Shown here: piece by piece, positions 1 to 9,642 of the stretch
How positions within the stretch are numbered: the stretch's first letter is position 1
Layout: each line of letters begins with the position of its first letter
Assembly: GCA_050247355.1 (NCBI GenBank)
Contig: JBFWUK010000011.1
Span: 68,847-132,846, forward strand
Direction: 5' to 3'
Origin: Vicinamibacterales bacterium
Lineage (GTDB): Bacteria; Acidobacteriota; Vicinamibacteria; Vicinamibacterales; UBA2999
DNA: 64,000 nucleotides
Notes under the pieces: generated by a model
The model's input: only the letters and a program-made list of their open reading frames with translations
Database searches by the model: none
Told to the model about the DNA's origin: nothing
Position numbers and translations under genes: made by a program

Positions 1-257
1 TTGCGCGCTTCACGGGAGGAGAAGCCGGTGTGCTGAGCGGGTTGATGCGCAATCCCGACCAGACCCGCAACCGGCCGATGGTCGTGGACGCCGCGGCCGG
101 CAAGGGCCGCGTGATCATGTTTGCGAACAACCCGATCTATCGCTGGCAGACCTTCGGCGAGCATGGAATGGTGTTCAACGGGTTGTTGTTCTGGAACGAC
201 CTGCCGGCGCCTGGGGCTGGCGCCAAGCCGGCGCCGACGGCACCCGCGCAGCAATAA
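1..257 (+). CDS. C-terminal fragment of a probable M14 zinc carboxypeptidase-family protein (5' truncated by window edge)
   Basis: VLSGL...PMVVD...GKGRVIMFANNPIYRWQT...VFNGLL resembles the C-terminus of the M14 protein at 48399-51098 (LQSGWL...GRGYVV...FRTQ...LIFNAM). Confidence 0.65.
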   Translation, partial: ARFTGGEAGVLSGLMRNPDQTRNRPMVVDAAAGKGRVIMFANNPIYRWQTFGEHGMVFNGLLFWNDLPAPGAGAKPAPTAPAQQ

Positions 258-294
258 TCCGAATGCAGGCCGCGCCCTTCTGGGCGCGGTCTGC

Positions 295-636
295 TCAGCG
301 AACCAGGGCGACGATGCCGGCGATGGCCGCGGTCTGCGTCACGCCGAACACCAGGCCCCACTTCAGCAAGTCGGCGTTCCGGTCGATCATCTCGGCGCGC
401 AACTGCGCAATCTCGGTGCGGACGTCGCCAAACCCGTTGGCCATCTCGGCGCGCACCTTGCCGAACTCAGTCGCCATCTCGTTGCGCACCTTACCGAACT
501 CGGTCGCCATCTCGACGCGCAGCCGGCTGGACTCTTCGGTCAGGCGGCGCTCAAAGCGCTCGGTGACGATGACGATGACGTCGCTATCGGTGTCGTCCAA
601 GCGCGTCAACGCCGGTGTGGCGTTCCTCCCATACAT
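295..636 (-). CDS. DUF1640/CCDC90-like membrane-anchored coiled-coil protein
   Basis: ERFERRL followed by 11-residue EMATEFGKVR repeats, LLKW and a C-terminal TM helix. Start placed at the ATG of MYGRN. Confidence 0.7.
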   Translation of the reverse strand: MYGRNATPALTRLDDTDSDVIVIVTERFERRLTEESSRLRVEMATEFGKVRNEMATEFGKVRAEMANGFGDVRTEIAQLRAEMIDRNADLLKWGLVFGVTQTAAIAGIVALVR

Positions 637-744
637 GACTGCCTCCAATCCACTCGACGACGTTCTCATCGTCGCGGCGCGTCGTCAAGAGGATTACCGG
701 CGCGAGTACCGAGATTTAACAGATCGCAGTTTCTGCAACGTCAC

Positions 745-1290
745 TCAGGACCGGCTGGCGAGATACTCGCGCATCAACTGCGCATTGCGATCGTTCGCTT
801 TGAACCAGATGTCGGCGAAGAAGCCGACGAACGGGATTGATCCGAGGGCGAGGTCGACGACCACGTTCGACAGCATCTTCGAGACGAGCGACGCCGGCGG
901 GCCGTAACGAAGCGTGCGCGCGATCAGGGTCAGCGACACCGCCGTGCCGGCCAGGTCGCCGACGACGGGCACCAGGCCGATCACGGCATCGAGACCGACC
1001 TTGCCCAGGATGGGCAGCGTGATCGCGCTGTCCATGAGCCGGGCCAGCCGATCGATGTGCGCTCCGAAAAAGCGGTTGGCCTCGTCCAGGGGGATGCCCG
1101 TGGCCTGCGCGTAGTTGGCGAGGTGGGTGAACGTGCGCGCCGCGGCGCCGCCGACCCGGCGATCGACCTCGCGCGCCATCCGTTCCGCGGTCCGGATGAA
1201 GAGCCACCGCGCCACGACGTAGCCGGCGACACCGACGACCAGCACGAACACGAAGGCCGCCAGCAGCCACCACAACAGGGTCTCGAGCAT
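745..1290 (-). CDS. DUF4112 domain membrane protein
   Basis: LARLMDSAITLP...GLDAVIGLVPVVGD...GSIPFVGFFADIWFKAN.RN signature. Confidence 0.85.
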   Translation of the reverse strand: MLETLLWWLLAAFVFVLVVGVAGYVVARWLFIRTAERMAREVDRRVGGAAARTFTHLANYAQATGIPLDEANRFFGAHIDRLARLMDSAITLPILGKVGLDAVIGLVPVVGDLAGTAVSLTLIARTLRYGPPASLVSKMLSNVVVDLALGSIPFVGFFADIWFKANDRNAQLMREYLASRS

Positions 1291-1306
1291 CTGGCTCGAT
1301 TATGCG

Positions 1307-2119
1307 TCACTGGCGCCGGGCCGTAACCAGCACGTCAGGGTCTGCGATCGTCAACTGCGTCACCTGCCCGCCGTCACGGGCAAACGCAATTCTTGCCGCC
1401 GGCGCTCCGGTCGGAAAGAACACCAGGCCGCCAGTGTGGATCAGCAGGCGGCGCGCGGGTCCGCCTGGCCGGTCGATGCCCAGTCGATTGTTCTGAACGT
1501 CGACGACGAAGTGATCGCGCGGACCGGTGCCGTACACGTACTTGCCGGCAACGGCATCGCGATCCGCGGGGGCCAGGGTCACGGACGCCAGCGGGGTATC
1601 GGCCCCGCCGAGGCCGGCCAGGTACTGAACGACCGCCGCAGCATCGGGCCCTCCGGCCCGCGCATGCGACATTAGCGTGATGCCATGGGGACCGTGGGTC
1701 GACTGAATACCCGGACGGGCGGCGCAGAACGCTTTGACGACGTCCAGCTGCCCCATCATGGCGGCCGAAAAGATGGTCGGCCGCGCGCCGTTGGCAAGCA
1801 GGAACTCGGCAATGGGCTTGTTGCCGACATGCGCGGCGGCATCGATACAGGTTTCCCAGTCGCCGAATCCCCAATCAATCGAGGCACGGGCAAGCGCGGG
1901 CTGGCGGGTCACCAGATCCTGAACGCGTTTGAGGTTGCCGTGCGAGGCGCCAACGACTTCCTTGACCAGCGCCGGATCCTGCGCCGGAAGGGCGTCGGCA
2001 GGCGAGAAGACCACCGGCGCCGACTGCGCCCAGGCCCAGGTGGGAACGCTGGAGAACCCCAGGAGCGAAAGCCCTGGGACCAGCGAGACGAACGTGCGAC
2101 GAGACCACTCTTGCGACAT
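1307..2119 (-). CDS. Tat-exported ankyrin-like protein
   Basis: SRRTFV twin-arginine signal; ankyrin-like AAAHVGNKPIAEFLLANGA and IFSAAMMGQLDVVK. Confidence 0.7.
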   Translation of the reverse strand: MSQEWSRRTFVSLVPGLSLLGFSSVPTWAWAQSAPVVFSPADALPAQDPALVKEVVGASHGNLKRVQDLVTRQPALARASIDWGFGDWETCIDAAAHVGNKPIAEFLLANGARPTIFSAAMMGQLDVVKAFCAARPGIQSTHGPHGITLMSHARAGGPDAAAVVQYLAGLGGADTPLASVTLAPADRDAVAGKYVYGTGPRDHFVVDVQNNRLGIDRPGGPARRLLIHTGGLVFFPTGAPAARIAFARDGGQVTQLTIADPDVLVTARRQ

Positions 2120-2197
2120 GCAAACCTCCGGCGCTCGTTATCGCCGCCGGCCGCGCGCAGGGCAAACGAGAACCGCTTCAGGAGGTAAGTGTCGCCG

Positions 2198-3085
2198 TTA
2201 CAGTGATTTGCCTGCTGGGTTGAGGACGTAGTCGGTCACCGCTCGCTCAAACTCAGCGGTCACCGCCTCCTCAAGACCGGCCACACCGCCGTCCACGAAC
2301 TGCAGGCGATTGGCCTTCAGGTGCGCTTCGTCGGACAGCCGGATGAAGTGAGTGATGAAGCGGAGGCCAGCCTCGCCCTTCTGGAGTTGCCCCAGCAGGA
2401 CGAAGTCGGCAGGCACGGCGGCCGCGATGCCCTTCAGGTTGCGGATGTTGCGGGGCTGGCGAAGGACGGCGGCGTTGCCGATGACGTCGAGCCGGTCGGG
2501 AGCGAGCTGTGTCAGTCGAGTGACCACCAGGTCCGAGAGCCCGGCGACGACGCGATCGTGTTCGGCCAGTCCTGTCTCGTTGTCAAAGATCGACACCGCG
2601 ATGACCACCTTGTCCGGGGTGTCGGTCGGCGCTGACCCCGAGAGCAGCCAGCCAATAGCCAGGGCGACACCAAGCACCACGTAACCGGCGACCTGCCATC
2701 TCCGAAACTCATCTGCAACCGAGAGTCGGCGGACGGACGATTCGGCGGTGGCTGGCGCGGTGGCCGCGTCCGCCGTCACCGGGGCGATGAACTTGTAGCC
2801 CTTCTTCGGCAGCGTCTGCACGAAACGCGGATTCTCACCGCTGTCACCCAGCACCGAGCGGATCTGAGACAGGCAATAGGCCAGGCCGCGATCGAAATCC
2901 ACGTGTGTGCCGGTGCCCCACACCGCGTCACGCAGATCGTCGCGGCCGACGACCTCTCCGGCTCGCGCCAGCAAGACCGCCAGCGCCCTGGCCGGCTGCG
3001 GCTCGAGCGCCACCACGCGCCCGTTCTTGCGCAGCTCGCCGGGCGTCCCCGGCTCGAACTCGAACACGCCGAACCGATAGGTCAC
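2198..3085 (-). CDS. CadC/ToxR-like winged-helix transmembrane regulator with TolB-N-like domain
   Basis: YRFGVFEF...LEPQP..L..L...GEVV.R..L...VW...IRSVLGDSGENPRFVQTLPKKGYKFIAPV, then a TM helix and an IAVSIFDN domain. Confidence 0.85.
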   Translation of the reverse strand: MTYRFGVFEFEPGTPGELRKNGRVVALEPQPARALAVLLARAGEVVGRDDLRDAVWGTGTHVDFDRGLAYCLSQIRSVLGDSGENPRFVQTLPKKGYKFIAPVTADAATAPATAESSVRRLSVADEFRRWQVAGYVVLGVALAIGWLLSGSAPTDTPDKVVIAVSIFDNETGLAEHDRVVAGLSDLVVTRLTQLAPDRLDVIGNAAVLRQPRNIRNLKGIAAAVPADFVLLGQLQKGEAGLRFITHFIRLSDEAHLKANRLQFVDGGVAGLEEAVTAEFERAVTDYVLNPAGKSL

Positions 3086-4380
3086 TTGACGATCAGCAGC
3101 CGGTAATTGGCCGGATGCAGGAACTGGATCCCCGCCTCGGTCAGAATCGCATCGTCTTCAATCGGGATGCGCAGCTTGGCGCCGCCCCATTCGGGAATTG
3201 GCGTGTAGGCGAAGTACTCGAACGAGAAGATGTGCTGCGCGTGCATCACGAACGTGGACTGCAGTGGCTGCCAGGTGGTCAGCGACGGGCCGATGTCATG
3301 ACCGGTGTTGCCCACCGGGTGGAAGCCGTAAGTGACGTCGGTCTTGTCGTCCTTGTTGGGCCGGTTGAACTCGATCACGCCGAAGCCGGCGGCGGTCAGC
3401 GCGGCGTCCATGCGCTTCATGGTCTCGTCGGCGCGAACGCCGACCGTGATCGCCTTCTTGACCACGTCGCGCACGGAGATGGCCTTGTCGAACGCGGCCT
3501 GGATGCTCTTGGGCGGCGCCGTCTCCCCCGGCTTCAGCACATAGGCGACGCGCTTCACGTCGGTCCCGAAGTTCATCAACTGAACGCCCCAGTCGATCAT
3601 CATCACGTCCCCGGGCTGGATGATGCGGTTCGACGAGGTGGCGACGATGCCGGCGGGGCCGGTGACGTAGACCGAGGGCATGTCGAACTCGGAGCCCAGG
3701 GCGCGCTCCAGCAGGCGATCCTGCATCCACCACGCCACGTCTTCGAGCGTGGTCTTGCCCGGCGTGATCACCTCGTTGGACAGGGCGCGCTCGGTGAGCT
3801 GGATGGCGATGCCGGCCGCTTCGCCGAACGCCACGATTTCGCCGGCCACCCGCGGCGACCGGAAGTCGACGACCAGTTTCTCCGCGCTCGTGAAGCGCGA
3901 CGCGTACGGCTCACCGAGCGTCTTCTTCAAGTGCGCGAGCATCGTCACCGACAAGCCGTCGGCGGGGCCGATCTCGTCCGACATGTTGAGGCCGATGCGC
4001 TTGGGGTCGCGGGCCTTGACGTGAGCGGCCAGCGTGGCAGCCGGGGCGATGATGTCGTAGGCCCCCGACTCGGCGATCATGTAGCCGCTGGGACCGAGCG
4101 CCGCGCGCTCGATGCGGTGGCCGCCGCGGTCGGTGAAGACGTAGTAGCCGATGCCGGTCACATAGCCGCGGCCAAGGTCGTTCCACAGCGGGTCGTAGTG
4201 GTTCTCCTTGACGGCGACGATCCACATGTCGATGCCGTTGCCGCGCATGGCGCGGGGCAGCACCTGCTCGAACTTGTCGAGCCGGATCTGGCGTTCCATC
4301 TCCCACCGCCGGCGCGCCTCTTGCGCAAACGCCGGCAACGACAGCGACAGGACGATCATCGTGGTAAGCAGAATCTTCAT
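3082..4380 (-). CDS. M24 family (Xaa-Pro) metallopeptidase, secreted
   Basis: Signal peptide; IDWG, TDVKR, HPVG..GH, FSFE and IEDD metal-ligand motifs. Confidence 0.85.
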   Translation of the reverse strand: MKILLTTMIVLSLSLPAFAQEARRRWEMERQIRLDKFEQVLPRAMRGNGIDMWIVAVKENHYDPLWNDLGRGYVTGIGYYVFTDRGGHRIERAALGPSGYMIAESGAYDIIAPAATLAAHVKARDPKRIGLNMSDEIGPADGLSVTMLAHLKKTLGEPYASRFTSAEKLVVDFRSPRVAGEIVAFGEAAGIAIQLTERALSNEVITPGKTTLEDVAWWMQDRLLERALGSEFDMPSVYVTGPAGIVATSSNRIIQPGDVMMIDWGVQLMNFGTDVKRVAYVLKPGETAPPKSIQAAFDKAISVRDVVKKAITVGVRADETMKRMDAALTAAGFGVIEFNRPNKDDKTDVTYGFHPVGNTGHDIGPSLTTWQPLQSTFVMHAQHIFSFEYFAYTPIPEWGGAKLRIPIEDDAILTEAGIQFLHPANYRLLIVK

Positions 4381-4516
4381 CGCACCCCCTGGGATGGTGC
4401 CACATGCCGCCCGGCGCCGGGGCGCCGCCGGCCCTTACAACTGGTTACAAGGATCAATCGTATTCCGGGACACGATACACGGTTCCGTTTTCGGCCCTGT
4501 TGGCCACACAGACTAC

Positions 4517-6760
4517 ATGACTTCGATGACGCCACCCGTTCGCCTGCTTGCCTGCTGCTTGTTGCTTGTTTCTGCCGCCACCGCGGCTGCCCAGGGGCCG
4601 CCGGCCCCGGTCATCGATTACGAGGCGGCGCGGCGCGATCGTCGATTGGCGGCGATGCCGGTCCAGGGGCCGATCGCGCTCGACGGCCGGCTCGACGAGC
4701 CGTCGTGGGCGGCGGCGCCGGTGGCCAGGGACTTCGTGCAAAACGACCCGCGCGAAGGCCAGCCGGCCACCTACGACACGGAAGTCAGGCTGCTCTACGA
4801 CGACCGCGCCCTGTATATCGGCGTCTTTGCGAAGGATCCCGACCCGGGCCAGATCATCGTCAACGAACTGCGCAAGGACTTCAACACCGGTTCGGCCGAT
4901 GGCTTTCAGGTGGTGATCGACACCTTCCACGACGAGCGCAACGGTTATCAGTTCGCGGTCAACCCGATGGGCGCGAAGTGGGACTCGCAGATGTCGAACG
5001 AAGGCCGCGACAACAACTCGAATTGGGACGGCATCTGGGACGTCGGCACGCGCATTGGCGACGACGGCTGGTATGCGGAAATCGAAATCCCGTTCAAGAC
5101 CCTCAAGTTCGGCCCCGAGGCGATGCAGACCTGGGGCATCAACTTCCAGCGCCGGCTGCGCCGCCTGAACGAGAACAGCTACTGGTCGCCGCTGCGCCGC
5201 ATTCACCAACTGTCGCGCGTCTCGATGGCCGGCACGGTCGAGGGTCTGCAGGGCCTCAAGCCGGGCTCCAATATCCGCGTCAAGCCGTACGCGCTGGCCA
5301 ACTTCAACAAGCTGGCGGGCGTCGCCGTCGACCGGGACTACGACGGCGGGTTTGACGTGAAGTACGGCGTCACCTCGGGGTTGACCTGGGACTTCACGGT
5401 GAACACCGACTTCTCGCAGGTCGAGGCCGACGAGCAGCAGGTCAACCTGACCCGCTTCAGCCTGTTTTTTCCCGAGAAGCGCGACTTCTTCCTCGAGAAC
5501 TCGGGCGTGTTCCAGTTCGGCGCCGGCAACACCGGCGGGGGTGGCGGCGCCGGCGGCGGCCGGCAGAACGCCTCGCAGGACATGATCTTCTTCTTCAGCC
5601 GCCAGATCGGCCTGTCGCCGAGCGGCGACGCCATTCCGCTGCTGGCCGGCTCGCGCATCACCGGCCGCGTCGGCGGCTGGTCGGTAGGCGCCCTCAACAT
5701 CCAGCAGCGTGAGCAGGGCGCCAGCCCCTCGACCAACTTCACGGCGCTGCGGCTGCGGCGCGACATCCTCGCCAACTCCGACGTCGGCGTGATGATGCTC
5801 AACAAGGATCCGAAGGGCTTCGACCACAATCGCGCGTTCGGCGCCGACGCCAACTTCCGGTTCTTCCGCGACCTGACGCTGAACTTCGCCGCCGCCAAGA
5901 GCGACACCCCGGTGTCGCGCATTCCCGGCACCGGCGACGACTGGTACTCGAAGAGCAGCTTCGGCTACCGCGGCGCCGTGCTCGAAACGCGGGGCATGTT
6001 CCAGACCATCGGCTCGCGCTTCAACGACGAGATGGGCTTCGTGCCCCGGGTCGGCGTCGACAACGCCGAGGGCTACCTGGGCCTGCACCTGCGGCCGAAA
6101 CGCTTCCAGGGCTGGCTGCGCGAGACCTTTCCGCACTTCCAGATCGAGAACTTCTCCAAGCGCAACGGCGCCGGCCTCGAATCGCGCTACATGGACTGGC
6201 ACTGGCCGATCACCCTGCAGAACAGCTCGTTCATCGAGATCGGCACCAATCCCAACGTCGAGGTGATCGACGACCGCTTCGCCATCAACAGCCGCCGCGG
6301 CATCTTCGTCGAACCCGGCCGCTACGAGTTCAAGGAACACTTCGTGCTCGCCAACAGCAACAGCGCGGCCCCGTTCTCGATGAACCTGCGCTACGGCACG
6401 GGTGACTTCTATGACGGCTACCGCCGCAACTACACGGTCGGCGGCACCTTCCGCCTGAACCAGCACCTCAACTTGTCGCTGAGCGACCAGATCAACGACA
6501 TCGACCTGTCAACCGGCTCGTACGTCACGCACCTGGTGACCGGCCGCGTCAACTTCTACTTCAGCACCAAGGTGTTCGTGAACGCGCTCGTGCAGTACAA
6601 CACCGACACCAACCAGTGGAGCTCGAACGTGCGGCTCGACATCATCCACCGCCCGCTGAGCGACATCTACCTGGTCTACAACGAGCGCCACGACTCGCGC
6701 AGCGGCGCGCTGCTCAGCCGCGCGGTCATCGCCAAGATGACTTACTTGCTCGCGTTCTGA
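4517..6760 (+). CDS. CBM9-like plus DUF5916 outer-membrane protein
   Basis: IALDGRLDEPSW, NTDFSQVEAD, FFPEKRDFFLEN; beta-rich C-terminus ending in F. Confidence 0.85.
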   Translation: MTSMTPPVRLLACCLLLVSAATAAAQGPPAPVIDYEAARRDRRLAAMPVQGPIALDGRLDEPSWAAAPVARDFVQNDPREGQPATYDTEVRLLYDDRALYIGVFAKDPDPGQIIVNELRKDFNTGSADGFQVVIDTFHDERNGYQFAVNPMGAKWDSQMSNEGRDNNSNWDGIWDVGTRIGDDGWYAEIEIPFKTLKFGPEAMQTWGINFQRRLRRLNENSYWSPLRRIHQLSRVSMAGTVEGLQGLKPGSNIRVKPYALANFNKLAGVAVDRDYDGGFDVKYGVTSGLTWDFTVNTDFSQVEADEQQVNLTRFSLFFPEKRDFFLENSGVFQFGAGNTGGGGGAGGGRQNASQDMIFFFSRQIGLSPSGDAIPLLAGSRITGRVGGWSVGALNIQQREQGASPSTNFTALRLRRDILANSDVGVMMLNKDPKGFDHNRAFGADANFRFFRDLTLNFAAAKSDTPVSRIPGTGDDWYSKSSFGYRGAVLETRGMFQTIGSRFNDEMGFVPRVGVDNAEGYLGLHLRPKRFQGWLRETFPHFQIENFSKRNGAGLESRYMDWHWPITLQNSSFIEIGTNPNVEVIDDRFAINSRRGIFVEPGRYEFKEHFVLANSNSAAPFSMNLRYGTGDFYDGYRRNYTVGGTFRLNQHLNLSLSDQINDIDLSTGSYVTHLVTGRVNFYFSTKVFVNALVQYNTDTNQWSSNVRLDIIHRPLSDIYLVYNERHDSRSGALLSRAVIAKMTYLLAF

Positions 6761-6776
6761 CGCTTCGCTCGCCGGC

Positions 6777-6816
6777 CGGGAGGCGCTCCTGGTCGGGAGG
6801 GCACTCCTGGTCGGGG
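6777..6816. repeat. Short copy of the 18-bp CGGGAGGGCACT-CTTGT repeat family between convergent genes
   Basis: cgggaggcgctcctggt cgggagggcactcctggt cgggg, similar to the array at 57104-57216. Confidence 0.7.
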
Positions 6817-7920
6817 TTACTTGAGGATGGGCGCGAAGATGCGCAACGGGCCGGTGAGCGTGACGCCGGCCATCAGGCGATCCTTCCAGCGCACGATCGC
6901 GAACAGCAGCACGCACAGCAGCGCGGTGGCGATCAGCGACCCCTCGATCGGCAGCTCGCGCCGCAACGGCCGCCCGAGCACGCCGTAGACCATCTCGACG
7001 TGGATCCAGTAGACAAAGAGCGACGCCCGGCCGAGCACGGTCGCAATCGGCGGGGCCTTTGAGTAGTAGCCGCCCAGCCAACGCGGCATCGCTTCCTGAT
7101 ACCAAACCGCGACGCGAGCGACTGGCAGCATGGCCGTGCAAATCCCAAGGCGAATGAAGAAGAACGTCGGCGAGCTGGTCCAGAAATTCGCCACCGGGTA
7201 GATCGAGGGCTGGAACGACGCCGCGTAGCCAAGCCCGATCCCCGCGGCGCCGGCCGCCAGCAGCGACCACTGCAGCCGGCTCTCCTGCGCGCGCGTGCGG
7301 GCGGCGTGGATCAGTTCGCCGGCAATGCCCCCCGCCAGGAGGAATCCCGCCCACGGAAACAAGGCGAACGTCGTGCGGCCGGGCAACGGCCGGATGTACG
7401 CCTCGATCGGATCGGGTAACGCCGCCAGCGCCCCCGCCTCGCGGACCAGCGGCGTGGTCATGGTCACAACGGCGGTGGCCGCGCCAAACAGCAGGACCCG
7501 GAACGCGCGCGACTCTGACGTCCGCCACAGCAGCGCCGCCGCCATCATGGCCAGGCCCATGACATTGAGGATGTCGACCTTCAGGAAATTCGACCAGGCG
7601 CCCCAGCCGAGCACTTGCGACTGCAGGCGAAACAGGAACGCGAGCGCGAATACCTGCGCGCCGCGCTTGAGGGCCAGCTCCGCCGCGGCGGCGTGACCAA
7701 CCGACGCCGCCCGCACGGAGGCCGCCATCGACAGCGACAGCCCGGCCAGGAACAGGAACAGCGGCGCCGCCAGCCCGGCCACGAACACCGTCAGCATGTA
7801 GAGGCCGGTTTGCCGATCGGCATCGCGTGTCCACGCGTCGTTGACATGCGCCCCGACCATTACCATCACGGCAACGCCGCGCAGCCAGTCGAGGTAAACC
7901 TTGCGCCCGGGCGTGCTCAG
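6817..7920 (-). CDS. DUF1624 / heparan-alpha-glucosaminide N-acetyltransferase-like membrane protein
   Basis: YLDWLRGVAVMVMVGAH, APLFLFLAG, FALFPWAGF, LGRASLFVYWIH. Start codon uncertain (possible CTG overlapping the OsmC stop). Confidence 0.8.
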   Translation of the reverse strand: MSTPGRKVYLDWLRGVAVMVMVGAHVNDAWTRDADRQTGLYMLTVFVAGLAAPLFLFLAGLSLSMAASVRAASVGHAAAAELALKRGAQVFALAFLFRLQSQVLGWGAWSNFLKVDILNVMGLAMMAAALLWRTSESRAFRVLLFGAATAVVTMTTPLVREAGALAALPDPIEAYIRPLPGRTTFALFPWAGFLLAGGIAGELIHAARTRAQESRLQWSLLAAGAAGIGLGYAASFQPSIYPVANFWTSSPTFFFIRLGICTAMLPVARVAVWYQEAMPRWLGGYYSKAPPIATVLGRASLFVYWIHVEMVYGVLGRPLRRELPIEGSLIATALLCVLLFAIVRWKDRLMAGVTLTGPLRIFAPILK

Positions 7921-8321
7921 GCGCGAACCTCGAACGAGGTCGCGAACTCGATATCCTGGCGCAGCGTGTGCCACACCGAGCAGTACTTTTCGCGCGACAA
8001 CAGGATGGCCCGCTCCATGACATGGTCCGGCACGGTCCCGGAAATGGTGAAGTGGAGCGTGAAGCCGACGAACCGCCGCGGCGGCTCCTCGCGACGTTCG
8101 CCGACGATGGTGGCTTCGAGGGCGGTGAAGGGATGACGGCCCTTCGTCACGATATCGGCGACGTCGATGGCCATGCAGCCGGCCAGGGCCAGCGCCACCG
8201 CCTGGACCGGCGACGGCCCGGCAGCGCCGTCGCTGTCGAGCACCATCTCTGTCGTGCCCGAGCGAGCGGCAAAGCGGAGGTCGCCCTGCCAGGTGAGCGT
8301 GGCCGTAATGGGCGGTTTCAC
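7917..8321 (-). CDS. OsmC/YhfA family protein
   Basis: GPSPVQ..LAGCMAIDV and LSREKYCSV conserved cysteines. Confidence 0.9.
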   Translation of the reverse strand: MKPPITATLTWQGDLRFAARSGTTEMVLDSDGAAGPSPVQAVALALAGCMAIDVADIVTKGRHPFTALEATIVGERREEPPRRFVGFTLHFTISGTVPDHVMERAILLSREKYCSVWHTLRQDIEFATSFEVRA

Positions 8322-8339
8322 GTCCAGCAGTATAAGGCG

Positions 8340-9125
8340 CTAGACGGCCCGGTCCGAGGATGCCCGCCGGCTTGACGAACGCCCGGCGCCGGTCAGCATG
8401 GCAACGAGCAGCCAGCCAAGCGGCACCGCCACCAGCAGGTAGGTGAGGTACTGCCCATACACGCCGTCGGGACCGTACGGCTCGGTGGCCCAGTGAAGTA
8501 CGTCGCTGCCGGGAATCAGGTTGGCCTCGGTCAACTCGTGAAAGCCGTAGATCAGGAGCTGCACCACGAACACCAGCAGGAAGATCGCCGTCACCTGGAA
8601 GAACAGCGCCAGGTTCACGCGATGGCCATAGCGCGACCACAACCCGGCAACCCCCGCCGCGCACAGCGTGCCGGCCACGGCGCCGCCCAGAATCGCCGGC
8701 GTCCTGACCTGGGTCAGCAGCGTGCCCATCAAGAGCGCCGTCTCCATGCCTTCGCGCGAGATCATGAGAAGGGTGAAACCAAACACACCCAGCCAGGCCG
8801 GCACCCCGGACTTTTCGGCCGAGGTGCGCAGTTGTCCCTCGATCTCGCCCTTGATCCTCCCCGCGGTGCGCCACATGTGCACGGTGAGCGTGGCGACCGA
8901 AACGGCCGCCAACAGCGCCAGCACGCCTTCCCACAGCGCCTGGTTCGCGGCCTGCTGGAACAGGTAGGCGGCACCGATACTCAACAGCAACGACACGCCG
9001 ATGCCCCAATGCACCGCTGGAATGAGTTGCCGGCGGCCGGTCTTGCGCAAATAGGCGAGGCTGATGGCGACGATCAGGAAGGCCTCGAGGCCCTCACGCA
9101 GGGTGATGACGAATGCCTGGAGCAT
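8340..9125 (-). CDS. FTR1/EfeU family iron permease
   Basis: Two REGxE motifs (LREGLEA, SREGMET); multiple TM helices. Confidence 0.9.
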   Translation of the reverse strand: MLQAFVITLREGLEAFLIVAISLAYLRKTGRRQLIPAVHWGIGVSLLLSIGAAYLFQQAANQALWEGVLALLAAVSVATLTVHMWRTAGRIKGEIEGQLRTSAEKSGVPAWLGVFGFTLLMISREGMETALLMGTLLTQVRTPAILGGAVAGTLCAAGVAGLWSRYGHRVNLALFFQVTAIFLLVFVVQLLIYGFHELTEANLIPGSDVLHWATEPYGPDGVYGQYLTYLLVAVPLGWLLVAMLTGAGRSSSRRASSDRAV

Positions 9126-9229
9126 GCGATGGGGCGTTCCGCCATTATTCTGAGATCAATTCGCAACTCTGTGGCCGGGAGATCCCGCCGATCCCGGCCG
9201 GCCAGGACCGGTTGCGCCGTTCATCCAGA

Positions 9230-9267
9230 CATGCTAAATAATCAGCAAGTGCAATATTTTTAGCATG
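9230..9267 (+). promoter_or_regulatory. Probable BlaI-family operator overlapping the blaI-like start
   Basis: Perfect 9-bp inverted repeat CATGCTAAA (9230-9238) / TTTAGCATG (9259-9267) in an AT-rich island. Confidence 0.65.
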
Positions 9268-9642
9268 ACGACTACTGACCCACTCTCCCGCCGCGAACGG
9301 CAGATCCTCGACATCCTCTATGCGAGGGGCACGGCCACCGCCGCCGAAGTCCTCGAAGCCCTGCCCGACCCGCCCAGCTATTCCGCGGTTCGGGCCTTGC
9401 TCCGCATTCTCGAGGAAAAGGGCCACGCCCGCCATGAAACCCAGGGCACCCGCTACGTCTACCTGCCGATGGTGCCGCGAGAGCGAGCCCGCAACTCTGC
9501 GCTCACGCGCATCGTCCAAACGTTTTTCGACGGCTCGGCGGCGCAGGCCGCGGCCGCGCTGGTCGACTCGGGGTCGCTGTCAGACGACGAGCTGGCGAGG
9601 CTGTCGTCACTAATCGAACGAGCGCGGAAAGAAGGACGCTGA
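9265..9642 (+). CDS. BlaI/MecI/CopY family repressor
   Basis: LSRRERQILDILY...SYSAVRALLRILEEKG...TFFDGS; directly upstream of an M56 gene. Confidence 0.92.
   Translation: MTTTDPLSRRERQILDILYARGTATAAEVLEALPDPPSYSAVRALLRILEEKGHARHETQGTRYVYLPMVPRERARNSALTRIVQTFFDGSAAQAAAALVDSGSLSDDELARLSSLIERARKEGR

Noticed and set aside
2905-5355. Long alternative-frame or antisense ORFs (also 4454-6466, 24281-26335, 34854-37145, 36419-38470, 49191-51119, 58061-60079)
   Set aside because: Arg/Gly/Ala-rich shadow ORFs typical of high-GC DNA that overlap well-supported genes and carry no motifs.
6817-9009. 730-aa ORF as a single fusion protein
   Set aside because: The upstream part is an off-frame overlap of the FTR1 and OsmC genes; only 6817 to about 7920 has family motifs.
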